Shown here one piece after another: positions 19,880 to 30,909 of a stretch of 32,000 nt of DNA (positions are counted from its first letter, which is position 1; the number at the start of each line of letters is the position of its first letter). A program made the translations under genes and the position numbers. The DNA comes from Synechococcus elongatus PCC 6301. Its GTDB lineage: Bacteria; Cyanobacteriota; Cyanobacteriia; Synechococcales; Synechococcaceae. The notes beneath the pieces were generated by a model. The model was given only the letters and a program-made list of their open reading frames with translations. It did not search any database and had not been told where the DNA came from. Location of the stretch: assembly GCF_000010065.1 (NCBI RefSeq), contig NC_006576.1:960001-992000 (forward strand), given 5' to 3'.

Positions 19880-20107
19880 TCACAACAAAATGACGATCGC
19901 AATCAGGATCAAAGCCAGCGCGCCCGAAAAGTAGAGCGCCTTCATAAACTGCCGCGAGACCAGGCCGATCAGCAGACTCAGGAGAATTCCCAGGAGAATC
20001 AAGCCGATGTAAATCGAAGTTTCTCCCCGCTGCGACACCAAAGGATTGCCCCCAGCCGCTTGGGCCAAGAGCAATCCCTCCGACAGCAAGCGTATTGATG
20101 CTGTCAT
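19880..20107 (-). CDS. Small conserved membrane protein (75 aa, two hydrophobic segments)
   Basis: MTASIRLLSEGLLLAQAAGGNPLVSQRGETSIYIGLILLGILLSLLIGLVSRQFMKALYFSGALALILIAIVILL, co-directional with and immediately downstream of hemL. Confidence 0.6.
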   Translation of the reverse strand: MTASIRLLSEGLLLAQAAGGNPLVSQRGETSIYIGLILLGILLSLLIGLVSRQFMKALYFSGALALILIAIVILL

Positions 20108-20113
20108 TGCGGC

Positions 20114-21415
20114 TTACAGCGCACTCATCACCGTACGAGCAGCTGCCAGCGTGGCATCAATGTCCTCTTCAGTGTGAGCCAACGAGGTAAAGCCCGCCTC
20201 AAACTGCGAGGGGGCAAGGTAGATGCCTTGCTCCAGCATGCCGCGATGGAAGCGACTGAACTTTTGCAAGTCCGACTTTTTGGCGTCTTCGTAGTTGTGC
20301 ACAGGGCCTTCCGTGAAGAAGAAGCCGAACATACCACTCACCTGACCACCGCAAGCCGCATGACCGGTTTCTTGGGCGATCGCCAACAAACCATCACTCA
20401 GGCGCTTGGTGATCTGGTCAAGATATTCGTAGGTGGCAGGCTGGCGCAGCAGCTCCAGGGTTTTAATCCCAGCCGTCATCGCCAAGGGGTTCCCCGACAG
20501 AGTACCCGCTTGGTACATCGGGCCAGCCGGCGCGACCAGCTGCATGATCTCGCGTTTACCGCCGTAGGCACCCACCGGTAGGCCGCCACCGATGATTTTG
20601 CCCAAGGTGGTCAGGTCAGGCGTAACGCCAAACTTTTCTTGCACGCCACCGTAAGCAATCCGGAAGCCAGTCATCACTTCATCAAAGACCAGCAGGGCAT
20701 CATGCTCCAGCGTGATTTCCCGCAATCCTTCCAAGAAGCCAGCATCTGGGACGATGAAGCCCGAGTTACCGACGATCGGCTCAAGAATGACCCCAGCAAT
20801 CTCACCGGGATTTTCCGCGAACAGTGCCTTGACTGCCTCGAGATCGTTGTAGGGCGCGGTCAGGGTATTGGCCGTGGTGCTCTTGGGTACGCCGGGCGAG
20901 TCTGGCAGGCCGAGGGTCGCCACCCCAGACCCCGCCTTGACCAAGAACATGTCAGCGTGGCCGTGGTAGCAGCCTTCGAACTTGATGATTTTGTCGCGGC
21001 CCGTATAAGCCCGCATCAAGCGCAGCACCGCCATACAGGCTTCGGTGCCGGAATTGACGAAGCGCACCATCTCGATGCTAGGCACTGCATCGATCACCAT
21101 TTCGGCGAGGACGTTTTCCAATGCACAGGGTGCCCCAAAGCTTGTGCCCTTTTCCATGGCAACTTTGAGGGCTTCGATGACTTCTGGATGCGCATGCCCG
21201 CAGATGGCGGGGCCCCAGGTGCCGACGTAGTCGATGTAGCGATTGCCGTCCACATCCCAGGCGTAGGCATCTTTCACGCGATCGAAGACGATGGGTTGAC
21301 CGCCAACGGATTTAAAAGCGCGCACCGGCGAACTGACGCCACCCGGCATCAGTTTTTGAGCCGCTGCAAAAATTTCGTCTGATTTGATGGTTTTAAAGGG
21401 AGAGGACGTGACCAA
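20114..21415 (-). CDS. hemL: Glutamate-1-semialdehyde 2,1-aminomutase
   Basis: [44 protein letters not shown]...; PLP lysine region [18 protein letters not shown]. Proposed TTG start at 21415 with GAGGAG a few nt upstream; the track ORF extends to 21493. Confidence 0.96.
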
Positions 21416-21532
21416 AGCAATCTCCTCGCAAACAAGCCGCGCGTCGCCAGCGAGCGATGCTGACAGCCTCCTCATTATCCTGCATTGGTTCAATCGCAGC
21501 TCAATCCGTTAGGGACTGTTGCAACACAACCG

Positions 21533-23797
21533 CTAGGAACTCGGGCGATCGCCCTCTGACAGGTTGGGTGGGCAGAGCCCCTGCAAGGTCGTCAACAGCA
21601 GCTGCGGATCTAGGGGCTTGGACAAAATTGCTGAGGCTTGGGCTGTGAGTAAGGGATCGACGGGTGGTTCTCCCAAGAACAAAACTAACGGGGGATGGGG
21701 ATCGGCTTGGTGTTCTCGGAGGTGCTGCAGCAGAAGTAAGCAGCTCTGATCGGGCGGTGGCCAAGCCATCAGAATCACAATGGGCTGCAGTAAATCGAGT
21801 TGATCAAGAGCTGTGCTGCCATCGACGAGCCAGATCACCTTAAAGCCCGCCGCCGTCAACATTTCACAGACGACCGTAGCTGCTTCATCCTCTTCTTCCA
21901 GTAAGAGAATGTGGCCAGCGGGCAAATTATCGATGGACGGTCTAGGCTCGACGGGTTCGATCAGCGTTTGTTCGGGGATCCAGACTGTAAAGGTACTACC
22001 CTGACCGACGGTTGATTCAATTTGAATGTGACCGCCATGTAGTTCAACCAGCTGCTTGGTTAGAGCCAGCCCTAGGCCCGTGCCACCGTACTGGCGGCGA
22101 ATGGAAGTATCGAGCTGTTGGAACTTTTGGAACAGCTGAGCTTGTTCACTTTCAGGAATTCCAATTCCCGTATCACTGACTTGAAAGATGGCGCGATCGC
22201 CTTCTCGCCAAACCCGCAGGAAAACAGTTCCTTGGGGTTCAGTAAATTTGACAGCGTTACTGAGAAGATTAATGAGAATTTGGCGCAATCGCTTTGGATC
22301 GGCTCGGAAGACGTCCACACGGTTGTTGAGCTGGAGATCCAGCATGAGCTGAATCTCGCCTAAACGGGCTTTTTCCTGCAGGGTATTGAGGGTTTGGGTT
22401 GCCAGTCTTGAAAGGGAGAATGGACGCACTTGTAAGGCTGCTTTACCTGCCTCAATTTGAGACAGATCAAGAATGTCATTGATCAGTTCCAGCAGGTGTT
22501 CACCGCTGTCATGAATCGCCTTTATATATTCCCTTTGCCGCTCGGTCAAAGGGCCAAAGGCCCAGCGCAGCAACGTACTTGACATCCCAATCACACAGGT
22601 CAGAGGCGTCCTGAGTTCATGACTCATGGTGGCCAAAAACTCACCCTTGGCCGCATTGGCCGCTTGGGCCAAGGCAAGAGCATCAATTAGCTCTTGGGTA
22701 CGTTCCAGCACGCGGTTTTCTAACGTCTGTGTCTGATCTTGGAGCTGACCGTAGAGCTGTGCTTGGTAAATGGCGATCGAGAGGTGTTCTGCTAGGTGCT
22801 GGAGAATATCACGCTCCCGAGGTTGCCACCGATGATCTTGCTGGCATTGATGGGCAACGAGTAAGCCCCAAATTCGCCCCTGCACTAGGATCGGAATTTT
22901 ACAAACCGATCGCACTTGAACACGTTCATAGAAGGAATACTGCTCCGGCAGTCTTTCCTTATAGAAGCCAACTGAATCAATGAGAAGCGTTTCCCCTTGC
23001 TGGAACCGTTGCCATTCCTCTGTCGTGATTAATAGCCCTGGTTGGACTAGAGGATCGATCACCGACAAAAGTGCTTCGTTGCGACGATCTTCGTAGGTAA
23101 TGTAGGACTGACTTGGAATATAAAGTGGCCAACGTTGATCGAGTCCAGCGTCAAGACATTGCGGCTTAAATTGATAGATAATCGCACGATCGGCATTAAG
23201 CAACTGACGAATTTCACGGATCGTAGTTGTCAGAATTTCTGAGAGATCTAAACTGAGACGAATTTGTGCAGAGACTTGACTGATCAGGCGATCTTGTTCT
23301 TCTTGCCAATGAAGAGCTTGTTCTAGCGGTTGACAGACGGAAACAGCAGGATATTGAGCTGCTAATGGTGCTCGATCAGCAGCGATCGCGGCAATCAAAA
23401 GATTACTGAATTGACTGATCAAGTCTGGGTTGAGACTGAGGTCGCCGAGTTGAGCCAAGGCAGGCTGGTATTCAACTGGTAAATTCGTCGCTTGGCAATA
23501 GCGCTGAATACTGTCAGCACCAAACTGCACACTGACATGGTGAGGTTCGCTTAAGGGGTGAGGCTGGCAATACTCTGCGGCAGTCCGCCCTAACAACAGC
23601 AGCTGAAACCCTGCTGCGATCGCGATCGCACAATCTCCCGTTTGGGTCCGCAGATGCGTATGCAGCGATCGACTATCCCAATAAAACGCTTGGGGCAGTG
23701 TTGCCACAAAATCTTGCAAAGCACTCTGTAACTGAGCAAAACCTTCAGGAGTCAGCCGCTGGCTGGCAAGGGAGCAATTTGAGGATGGTGCCAGCAT
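21533..23797 (-). CDS. cikA: Circadian input histidine kinase CikA (GAF - HisKA - HATPase_c - pseudo-receiver)
   Basis: 754 aa from Met at 23797 (MLAPSSNCSLASQRLTPEGFAQLQSALQDFVATLPQAFYWD...), GEFLATMSHELRTPLTCVIGMSS H-box, DTGIGIPESEQAQLFQKFQQLD, and a C-terminal HILLLEEEDEAATVVCEML pseudo-receiver. Confidence 0.96.
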   Translation of the reverse strand: MLAPSSNCSLASQRLTPEGFAQLQSALQDFVATLPQAFYWDSRSLHTHLRTQTGDCAIAIAAGFQLLLLGRTAAEYCQPHPLSEPHHVSVQFGADSIQRYCQATNLPVEYQPALAQLGDLSLNPDLISQFSNLLIAAIAADRAPLAAQYPAVSVCQPLEQALHWQEEQDRLISQVSAQIRLSLDLSEILTTTIREIRQLLNADRAIIYQFKPQCLDAGLDQRWPLYIPSQSYITYEDRRNEALLSVIDPLVQPGLLITTEEWQRFQQGETLLIDSVGFYKERLPEQYSFYERVQVRSVCKIPILVQGRIWGLLVAHQCQQDHRWQPRERDILQHLAEHLSIAIYQAQLYGQLQDQTQTLENRVLERTQELIDALALAQAANAAKGEFLATMSHELRTPLTCVIGMSSTLLRWAFGPLTERQREYIKAIHDSGEHLLELINDILDLSQIEAGKAALQVRPFSLSRLATQTLNTLQEKARLGEIQLMLDLQLNNRVDVFRADPKRLRQILINLLSNAVKFTEPQGTVFLRVWREGDRAIFQVSDTGIGIPESEQAQLFQKFQQLDTSIRRQYGGTGLGLALTKQLVELHGGHIQIESTVGQGSTFTVWIPEQTLIEPVEPRPSIDNLPAGHILLLEEEDEAATVVCEMLTAAGFKVIWLVDGSTALDQLDLLQPIVILMAWPPPDQSCLLLLQHLREHQADPHPPLVLFLGEPPVDPLLTAQASAILSKPLDPQLLLTTLQGLCPPNLSEGDRPSS

Positions 23798-23906
23798 AGG
23801 CAAAACCTGCGATTTAGCAGGCTTTTAGTCATTTAATTGCATTGTTACAGAGATTTTTCGACGGGTTAGAAAGTCCCCATAGGCTTTTAACATCTGGCGT
23901 ATTTCG

Positions 23907-24110
23907 TTACCTCAGCTCTGGGTGATAGCCCGCCGTCGCGATCGCCACCTGTATTGCTGCAGCTGAGCAGCTAGTGATCACCGTCACTTGCTTGGAGGCG
24001 GGGTCAGCTTGAACCTGAGCTTGCGGATCGGTGGCCTGAATCGCTGTTTCAATTGCTGCGGCGCAAGCACCACAGGCCATATCAGACACGTGCAGTTGAA
24101 TTGCAGGCAT
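23907..24110 (-). CDS. Heavy-metal-associated (Atx1-like copper chaperone) protein
   Basis: 67 aa MPAIQLHVSDMACGACAAAIETAIQATDPQAQVQADPASKQVTVIT..., with the HMA MxCxxC motif. Confidence 0.87.
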   Translation of the reverse strand: MPAIQLHVSDMACGACAAAIETAIQATDPQAQVQADPASKQVTVITSCSAAAIQVAIATAGYHPELR

Positions 24111-24183
24111 GGAGTTCGCTGAGCTAACGCCGTTTTGTTCAGTCTAGGCCAGCAGCTGTCCTCGTTAGACTGAAGGCGATCGC

Positions 24184-24747
24184 TTGGATAGTGGAAAAGA
24201 GATGCCGGTCAGTCGTCGCCAATTACTCCTCAGCTCACTTTTGGCTTTGCCAGCCCTCGTTTTGGCTCCGCGATCGGCCCAAGCCTTAGGTGGCCCTCAG
24301 CCGCCCGTGGATGAGCCCGCCCCGGACTTTTCCTTGCCCACCGACGATGGCCGCGAGCGTCTATCCCTCGCTGACTTCCGGGGACAGTGGCTGGTGCTCT
24401 ACTTCTATCCCAAGGATGGAACCCCCGGCTGCACCCTCGAAGCCCAGCGTTTTCAACAGGATCTGGCTGCCTATGCTGAACGCAATGCCCAAATCGTCGG
24501 GGTCAGTGCCGATGATCTCAGTAGCCACAGTCGCTTCCGAGAAAACGAGGGACTGTCCTACCCCCTGTTGGCTGACGTCAAAGGCGAGGTCAGCAAACGC
24601 TATGGCTCTTGGCTAGCTCCTTTCAGCCTGCGCCACACCTACATCATCGATCCAGAAGGGGTGCTGCGCGCTAACTTCACCGCAGTGCGGCCGGTGATTC
24701 ATAGCAAAGAAGTGCTGGCCAAATTGGATGAGTTGCAAGCGGGGTAG
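24184..24747 (+). CDS. Peroxiredoxin of the PrxQ/BCP family with an N-terminal export-like signal; start may be Met at 24202
   Basis: [27 protein letters not shown] (twin-arginine/hydrophobic signal), then [49 protein letters not shown]. Confidence 0.87.
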   Translation: MDSGKEMPVSRRQLLLSSLLALPALVLAPRSAQALGGPQPPVDEPAPDFSLPTDDGRERLSLADFRGQWLVLYFYPKDGTPGCTLEAQRFQQDLAAYAERNAQIVGVSADDLSSHSRFRENEGLSYPLLADVKGEVSKRYGSWLAPFSLRHTYIIDPEGVLRANFTAVRPVIHSKEVLAKLDELQAG

Positions 24748-24804
24748 GCCAATCGAGCGATCGCAGAAGAATAGGGTTTAGGCCTCGGGCTGCGATCGCT
24801 TCCC

Positions 24805-24817
24805 CCAGAAATTCTGG
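24805..24817. promoter_or_regulatory. Short near-perfect palindrome CCAGAA-A-TTCTGG upstream of the flavoprotein gene
   Basis: 6-bp arms separated by 1 bp, in the 24748-24875 intergenic region. Confidence 0.25.
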
Positions 24818-24875
24818 AGATCTACGCCTACTGGTTCAGAATCAAAAGCAGTGTGATTGCCCTGAGTATCGTGCT

Positions 24876-26783
24876 GTGATTCTGAATGCCCAGCTGCCCC
24901 AAGGCCCTCTGGCAGGGGCTTGGCAGCGCTACCGTGACACATTGCCGTTGATTAGTCCGCTGCGCAAGCGGCAGTTCGACATTCTGGTAGTGGGTACAGG
25001 TCTGGCCGGGGCTTCTGCCGCCGCAACCTTGGCGGAACAGGGCTATCGAGTCAAGGTTTTTACCTACCACGACAGCCCACGACGAGCCCATAGCGTGGCG
25101 GCTCAGGGCGGGATCAATGCCGCCAAAAACTACCAGAACGACGGGGACAGCGATTTTCGGTTGTTCGCCGACATGCTCAAAGGCGGAGACTTTCGATCGC
25201 GCGATGCCAATGTCTACCGCTTGGCAGAACTGAGCGGCGCCATCATTGATCAATGTGAGGCCCAAGGCGTCCCCTTTGCCCGCGAGTACGGCGGCACCTT
25301 AGCGAATCGCACCTTCGGCGGTGTTCTCGTCTCGCGGACTTTTTATGCACGGGGACAAACGGGTCAGCAGCTGCTCTACGGCGCTTACGGCGCTTTGATG
25401 CGTCAGGTGGCGACGGGGACGGTGGAATTACACACCCATGCCGATGTCCTTGACCTTGTAACCGTCGATGGCAATGCGCGGGGTCTGGTGATTCGCAATC
25501 TCCGCACAGGAGAACTGTCCATTGAAACTGGGGCAGCGGTCCTGCTCTGCACGGGTGGTTATAGCAACGTCTATTACCTCTCAACCAATGCGGTCAAGTC
25601 CAACGCTTCAGCGACTTGGCGGGCGCATAGACGGGGCGCATTTTTTGCCAACCCCTGCTTCACCCAAATTCACCCCACCTGCATTCCCAGTGGCGATGCC
25701 TATCAGTCAAAACTGACTCTGATGAGCGAGAGCCTACGCAATGATGGACGCGTTTGGGTTCCGGTACAAGCAGGCGATCGGCGATCGCCGGATCAAATCC
25801 CCGAGATCGATCGCGATTACTTTCTAGAAACCCGCTATCCTCGCTACGGCAACATGGTGCCGCGGGATATTGCCTCCCGTCAGGCAAAACGGATTTGCGA
25901 TCGCGGCTACGGCGTTGGTGGAACGGGTCGCGCCGTCTATCTGGATTTTGCAGAGGCGATCGCCCGCGATGGTCAGGCCGAAATTCAGCGCAAATACGGC
26001 AATCTCTTCGACATGTATGCCCGCATCAGTGGCGAGGATCCCTACGCCACGCCGATGCGCATTTACCCTGCACCCCACTACACCATGGGCGGACTGTGGG
26101 TGGATTACAACCTGATGAGCAACCTGCCGGGTCTATTCGTGCTGGGCGAGGCCAACTTCTCCGATCACGGGGCGAATCGGCTGGGTGCGAGTGCCTTGAT
26201 GCAGGGCCTCGCCGACGGTTATTTCATTGCGTCCGCCACCGTTACCGGCTGGCTTGCTGGTCAGTCCCAGACTGCCATAACACCCGATCATCCGGCCTGT
26301 CAGGAAGCCCTTGCTGAAGCTCAAGCCCGCATTGATCAATTGCTCGCGATTCAGGGCGATCGCAGTGTCGATAGTTTGCATCGTGAACTGGGCGAGATTT
26401 TGCTAGATGCTTGCGGCATCAGCCGCGATCGCGATCGCCTGCTCAAAGCGCGGCAACAGGTTCAACATCTACAGCAGACTTTTCGCGATCGGGTGCGAGT
26501 TCCGGGTTCAGCAGCCGGGTTGAATCCTGAGCTAGAGAAAGCGCTCCGGTTGGCTGACTTTTTAGAGCTGGGTGAACTGATGATTGTGGATGCTCTGCAC
26601 CGTGAAGAATCCTGCGGGGCCCACTTCCGCGAGGAACATCAAACTGAAGACGGTGAAGCCCTGCGACGAGACGATCAATTCAGCTATGTCGCAGCTTGGG
26701 AATACAGCAACACAGAACCACAACTGCATCGCGATCGTTTGGAGTTCAAGACGTTAGTTCCCAGCCAGCGAAACTATCAATAG
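24876..26783 (+). CDS. sdhA: Succinate dehydrogenase/fumarate reductase flavoprotein subunit, GTG start
   Basis: 635 aa: [59 protein letters not shown]; [28 protein letters not shown]; [50 protein letters not shown]. Confidence 0.88.
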   Translation: MILNAQLPQGPLAGAWQRYRDTLPLISPLRKRQFDILVVGTGLAGASAAATLAEQGYRVKVFTYHDSPRRAHSVAAQGGINAAKNYQNDGDSDFRLFADMLKGGDFRSRDANVYRLAELSGAIIDQCEAQGVPFAREYGGTLANRTFGGVLVSRTFYARGQTGQQLLYGAYGALMRQVATGTVELHTHADVLDLVTVDGNARGLVIRNLRTGELSIETGAAVLLCTGGYSNVYYLSTNAVKSNASATWRAHRRGAFFANPCFTQIHPTCIPSGDAYQSKLTLMSESLRNDGRVWVPVQAGDRRSPDQIPEIDRDYFLETRYPRYGNMVPRDIASRQAKRICDRGYGVGGTGRAVYLDFAEAIARDGQAEIQRKYGNLFDMYARISGEDPYATPMRIYPAPHYTMGGLWVDYNLMSNLPGLFVLGEANFSDHGANRLGASALMQGLADGYFIASATVTGWLAGQSQTAITPDHPACQEALAEAQARIDQLLAIQGDRSVDSLHRELGEILLDACGISRDRDRLLKARQQVQHLQQTFRDRVRVPGSAAGLNPELEKALRLADFLELGELMIVDALHREESCGAHFREEHQTEDGEALRRDDQFSYVAAWEYSNTEPQLHRDRLEFKTLVPSQRNYQ

Positions 26784-26880
26784 CGCCTCCATTTAAGCAA
26801 TAAGGGGCTTTAGTCCCCCGCCTAGATCGCTCTCCCACAAGAACAGCAACCGTTCGAGTCAAAACACCTCAAAATCTGGT

Positions 26881-28647
26881 TTAAGCGCAGAGTTCCTCCA
26901 ACTGTTGACGCTCCCAAAGGCTGCGATAGAGTCCTTCCGTCGCTAACAGTTCACGATGCGATCCGCTCTGAACTAAATGACCACGATCGAGCACCAAAAT
27001 GCGATCGGCCGTTGCGGCAGCAGCTAACTGGTGTGAGATGAAGATCACGGTTCTCTGGCGATCGCGATCGCCATTCAAAGCCTGCAGAATTTGCGTTGCT
27101 GTTTGGTTGTCGACACTCGCTAAAGCATCATCCAAGATCAGAACCGGCGCTTGCAGCAACAAGGCGCGGGCCAAGGCCGTGCGCTGACGTTGACCACCCG
27201 AAAGCGTAATCCCCCGCTCACCCACTAAGGTGTCGTAGCGACGCGGGAAATTGAGAATTTCGCGATCGATTTGTGCCTGTTGAGCGGCGGCAATAATCTC
27301 GGCTTCACTGACCTCAGGATTGCCGTAGCGAATGTTGTCGCGAATCGGCAAGCTGAAGAGAAAACTATCCTGCGGCACGTAGGCGATCGCGCGGCGCAGG
27401 CTATTCAGTGATAGCTGCGTAATGTCCAACCCATCTAAGAAAATGCTGTCAGTCGGAACATCCAGCAAACGGGGCAAAGCGTTGGCTAGCGTTGATTTAC
27501 CCGAACCAATCGGCCCAACAATCGCGATCGTTTCGCCAGGCTGAACCATGAAACTGATATTTGAGAGCGCGGGTTGAGGCTGGCCCGGATAGTGAATCGT
27601 GAGTCCATCCACTTTAATCGCACCAGTCAACTCAGAAGGCGGCACCACCAAGGCTTCAGGAACATCTTGGATCAGCGGTGGATGCTGGAGAATTTCTTCA
27701 ATGCGATCGACGCTGACTTCACCACGCTGAAAAGCGGTAATCGTAAAGCCGAGTAATGCCGTCGGGAAGACCAGTCGCTCGACGTAGAGAATCAAAGCAA
27801 TTAAGTCGCCCACCGTAATGCGATTGCCTTCGATCGCTTGTCCTCCCAGCCAGAGCAAAATCAACAGGCTAAAGCTAGCTAAACCTTCTAAGAGTGGAAA
27901 GAGAACGTTTCGAGTTTTTGTGAGCTTGAGGTTCGATTTCAGCAGCTTTTGATTCAGTCGACCAAAAGCTGCTCTTTCGTTCGATTCTTGCGCATAGATT
28001 TTGATCAGCGAAATGCCACTCATATCCTCTTGGATCAGCTGGCTAATCTCCGATAGCTCCTCCTGCACATCCTGCTGTTCTTGCCGCAGTCGCTGACTAA
28101 AGAGTTGAACCAGTAGCAACAGAATTGGATAGACTGCCAACGCTGCCAAACTGAGCAGGGGATCGATTGCCAGCATCAAGGGCAACGTCAGCACGTAGGC
28201 AAAGATTGTGTTGACCAGACTGAGAACCGCAAAACCGACCAAGCGGCGAATACTTTCCACATCACTGGTGGCGCGGTTGATCAAATCTCCCAGCGGCATA
28301 TTGGCGAAATAGGTGGGTTCGAGCCGCAGCAAATGTTCAAATAGACGCTGCTTGAGATCGAACTCCACCTTGCGGCCTACCCCAAAGAGCAAAACCCGCG
28401 AGGCCATGCGGATCACCCACATGACCGAGGCTAGCCCCAAAATCAGAGCGCTATAGCGAACGACGTCCCCAAAGCCCAGGCCGTCTTGGACGTCATCGAC
28501 GCAAGTTCGAATCAGCAGGGGCAGAACGACACCCACTCCATTGACCGCCAGCAGCGCCACAATGCCCAGAACGGCAGGCCGCCAATAGGGACGAATGTAT
28601 TGCCCCAGCATGGCGAGGCGTTGGCGCGAAGAAAACGAAACGGACAT
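26881..28647 (-). CDS. ABC transporter, type I exporter (fused permease and ATPase; MsbA/LmrA-like)
   Basis: 588 aa: IVGPIGSGKSTLANALPRLLDVP (Walker A), LSGGQRQRTALARALLLQAPVLILDDALASVDNQTATQI (signature and Walker B), with multiple TM segments in the N-terminal half. Confidence 0.95.
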   Translation of the reverse strand: MSVSFSSRQRLAMLGQYIRPYWRPAVLGIVALLAVNGVGVVLPLLIRTCVDDVQDGLGFGDVVRYSALILGLASVMWVIRMASRVLLFGVGRKVEFDLKQRLFEHLLRLEPTYFANMPLGDLINRATSDVESIRRLVGFAVLSLVNTIFAYVLTLPLMLAIDPLLSLAALAVYPILLLLVQLFSQRLRQEQQDVQEELSEISQLIQEDMSGISLIKIYAQESNERAAFGRLNQKLLKSNLKLTKTRNVLFPLLEGLASFSLLILLWLGGQAIEGNRITVGDLIALILYVERLVFPTALLGFTITAFQRGEVSVDRIEEILQHPPLIQDVPEALVVPPSELTGAIKVDGLTIHYPGQPQPALSNISFMVQPGETIAIVGPIGSGKSTLANALPRLLDVPTDSIFLDGLDITQLSLNSLRRAIAYVPQDSFLFSLPIRDNIRYGNPEVSEAEIIAAAQQAQIDREILNFPRRYDTLVGERGITLSGGQRQRTALARALLLQAPVLILDDALASVDNQTATQILQALNGDRDRQRTVIFISHQLAAAATADRILVLDRGHLVQSGSHRELLATEGLYRSLWERQQLEELCA

Positions 28648-28782
28648 CCACAGCTCGATGACGGCAACCTGTTGATCCTAGCGATCGCCGGCGGGGATGC
28701 TTGGAAAATGTGCCCCAGCGAACTCGACAAGCCGGGGTGGATGGTTTCTTACTTGCGGCAATGAGCCAGTTCGATCGGTGAC

Positions 28783-28902
28783 TTAGCCGGATTTGCGATC
28801 GCTGCGCCAAATGCCGTAGCAAGCAATCAAAAACAGGATGAACAGAGGAGCGACCCCCAAGAGATCGCTCCAATTGCCATCCGTGGTGGCGAGAGGCAGC
28901 AC
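28783..28902 (-). CDS. Candidate 39-aa single-TM peptide starting (GTG) immediately after, and in frame with, the eno stop codon
   Basis: Minus strand after the eno TAG (28903-28905): GTG CTG CCT ... gives (V/M)LPLATTDGNWSDLLGVAPLFILFLIACYGIWRSDRKSG then TAA at 28783-28785. Hydrophobic core followed by a basic tail. Confidence 0.35.
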   Translation of the reverse strand: MLPLATTDGNWSDLLGVAPLFILFLIACYGIWRSDRKSG

Positions 28903-30282
<1,380 letters not shown>

Positions 30283-30408
30283 CTAGGACATCGGTTAGGC
30301 CGTTACAAATCATACCGGCTCACCTTTCAGGCTTCTGCGTTGCAGCGATCGCGGCCCACTTCCTTCCACAATGGGAAGAACGCCAATCTCAGCCGGAGGC
30401 ACGACCTG

Positions 30409-30822
30409 ATGCGACTACTGCATACGATGCTGCGAGTCGGGGATCTGGAGCGATCGCTACAGTTTTACTGCGAGATCCTGGGCATGCAGTTGCTGCGGCG
30501 CAAGGACTACCCCGGTGGGGAATTTACGCTGGCCTTTGTGGGCTACGGCGAAGAAGCAGACCACACCGTCCTCGAGCTCACCTACAACTGGGGCAAAGAG
30601 CAATACGAGCTGGGCGATGCCTACGGTCACATTGCGATCGGCGTCGACGACATTTACGCCACCTGCGAAGCGATTCGCGCCAGAGGCGGCAAAATTAGCC
30701 GCGAGCCCGGCCCCATGAAACATGGCAGCACCGTGATTGCCTTTGTTGAAGATCCCGATGGCTACAAAGTCGAATTAATTCAAACCGGGACTTCTGGCGC
30801 CAGCGCCCAGCCCGCCGCCTAA
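30409..30822 (+). CDS. gloA: Lactoylglutathione lyase (glyoxalase I)
   Basis: 137 aa from ATG at 30409: [47 protein letters not shown]...[12 protein letters not shown]. Confidence 0.93.
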   Translation: MRLLHTMLRVGDLERSLQFYCEILGMQLLRRKDYPGGEFTLAFVGYGEEADHTVLELTYNWGKEQYELGDAYGHIAIGVDDIYATCEAIRARGGKISREPGPMKHGSTVIAFVEDPDGYKVELIQTGTSGASAQPAA

Positions 30823-30909
30823 GCTTTGAGTCGCGATCGCCAGCCTCAGCCCACCTGAGATAGTGGAACCGGAGCGATCGCTCGCCCACCCGTCAGTTTT
30901 AGAGTTTCC

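Noticed and set aside
20639-21382. 247-aa + strand ORF
   Set aside because: Antisense to hemL; His/Asp-rich mirror translation with no domain.
26784-26880. GGGG-N7-CCCC hairpin between the flavoprotein and ABC exporter genes as a terminator
   Set aside because: Stem of only 4 bp and no T run; insufficient support.
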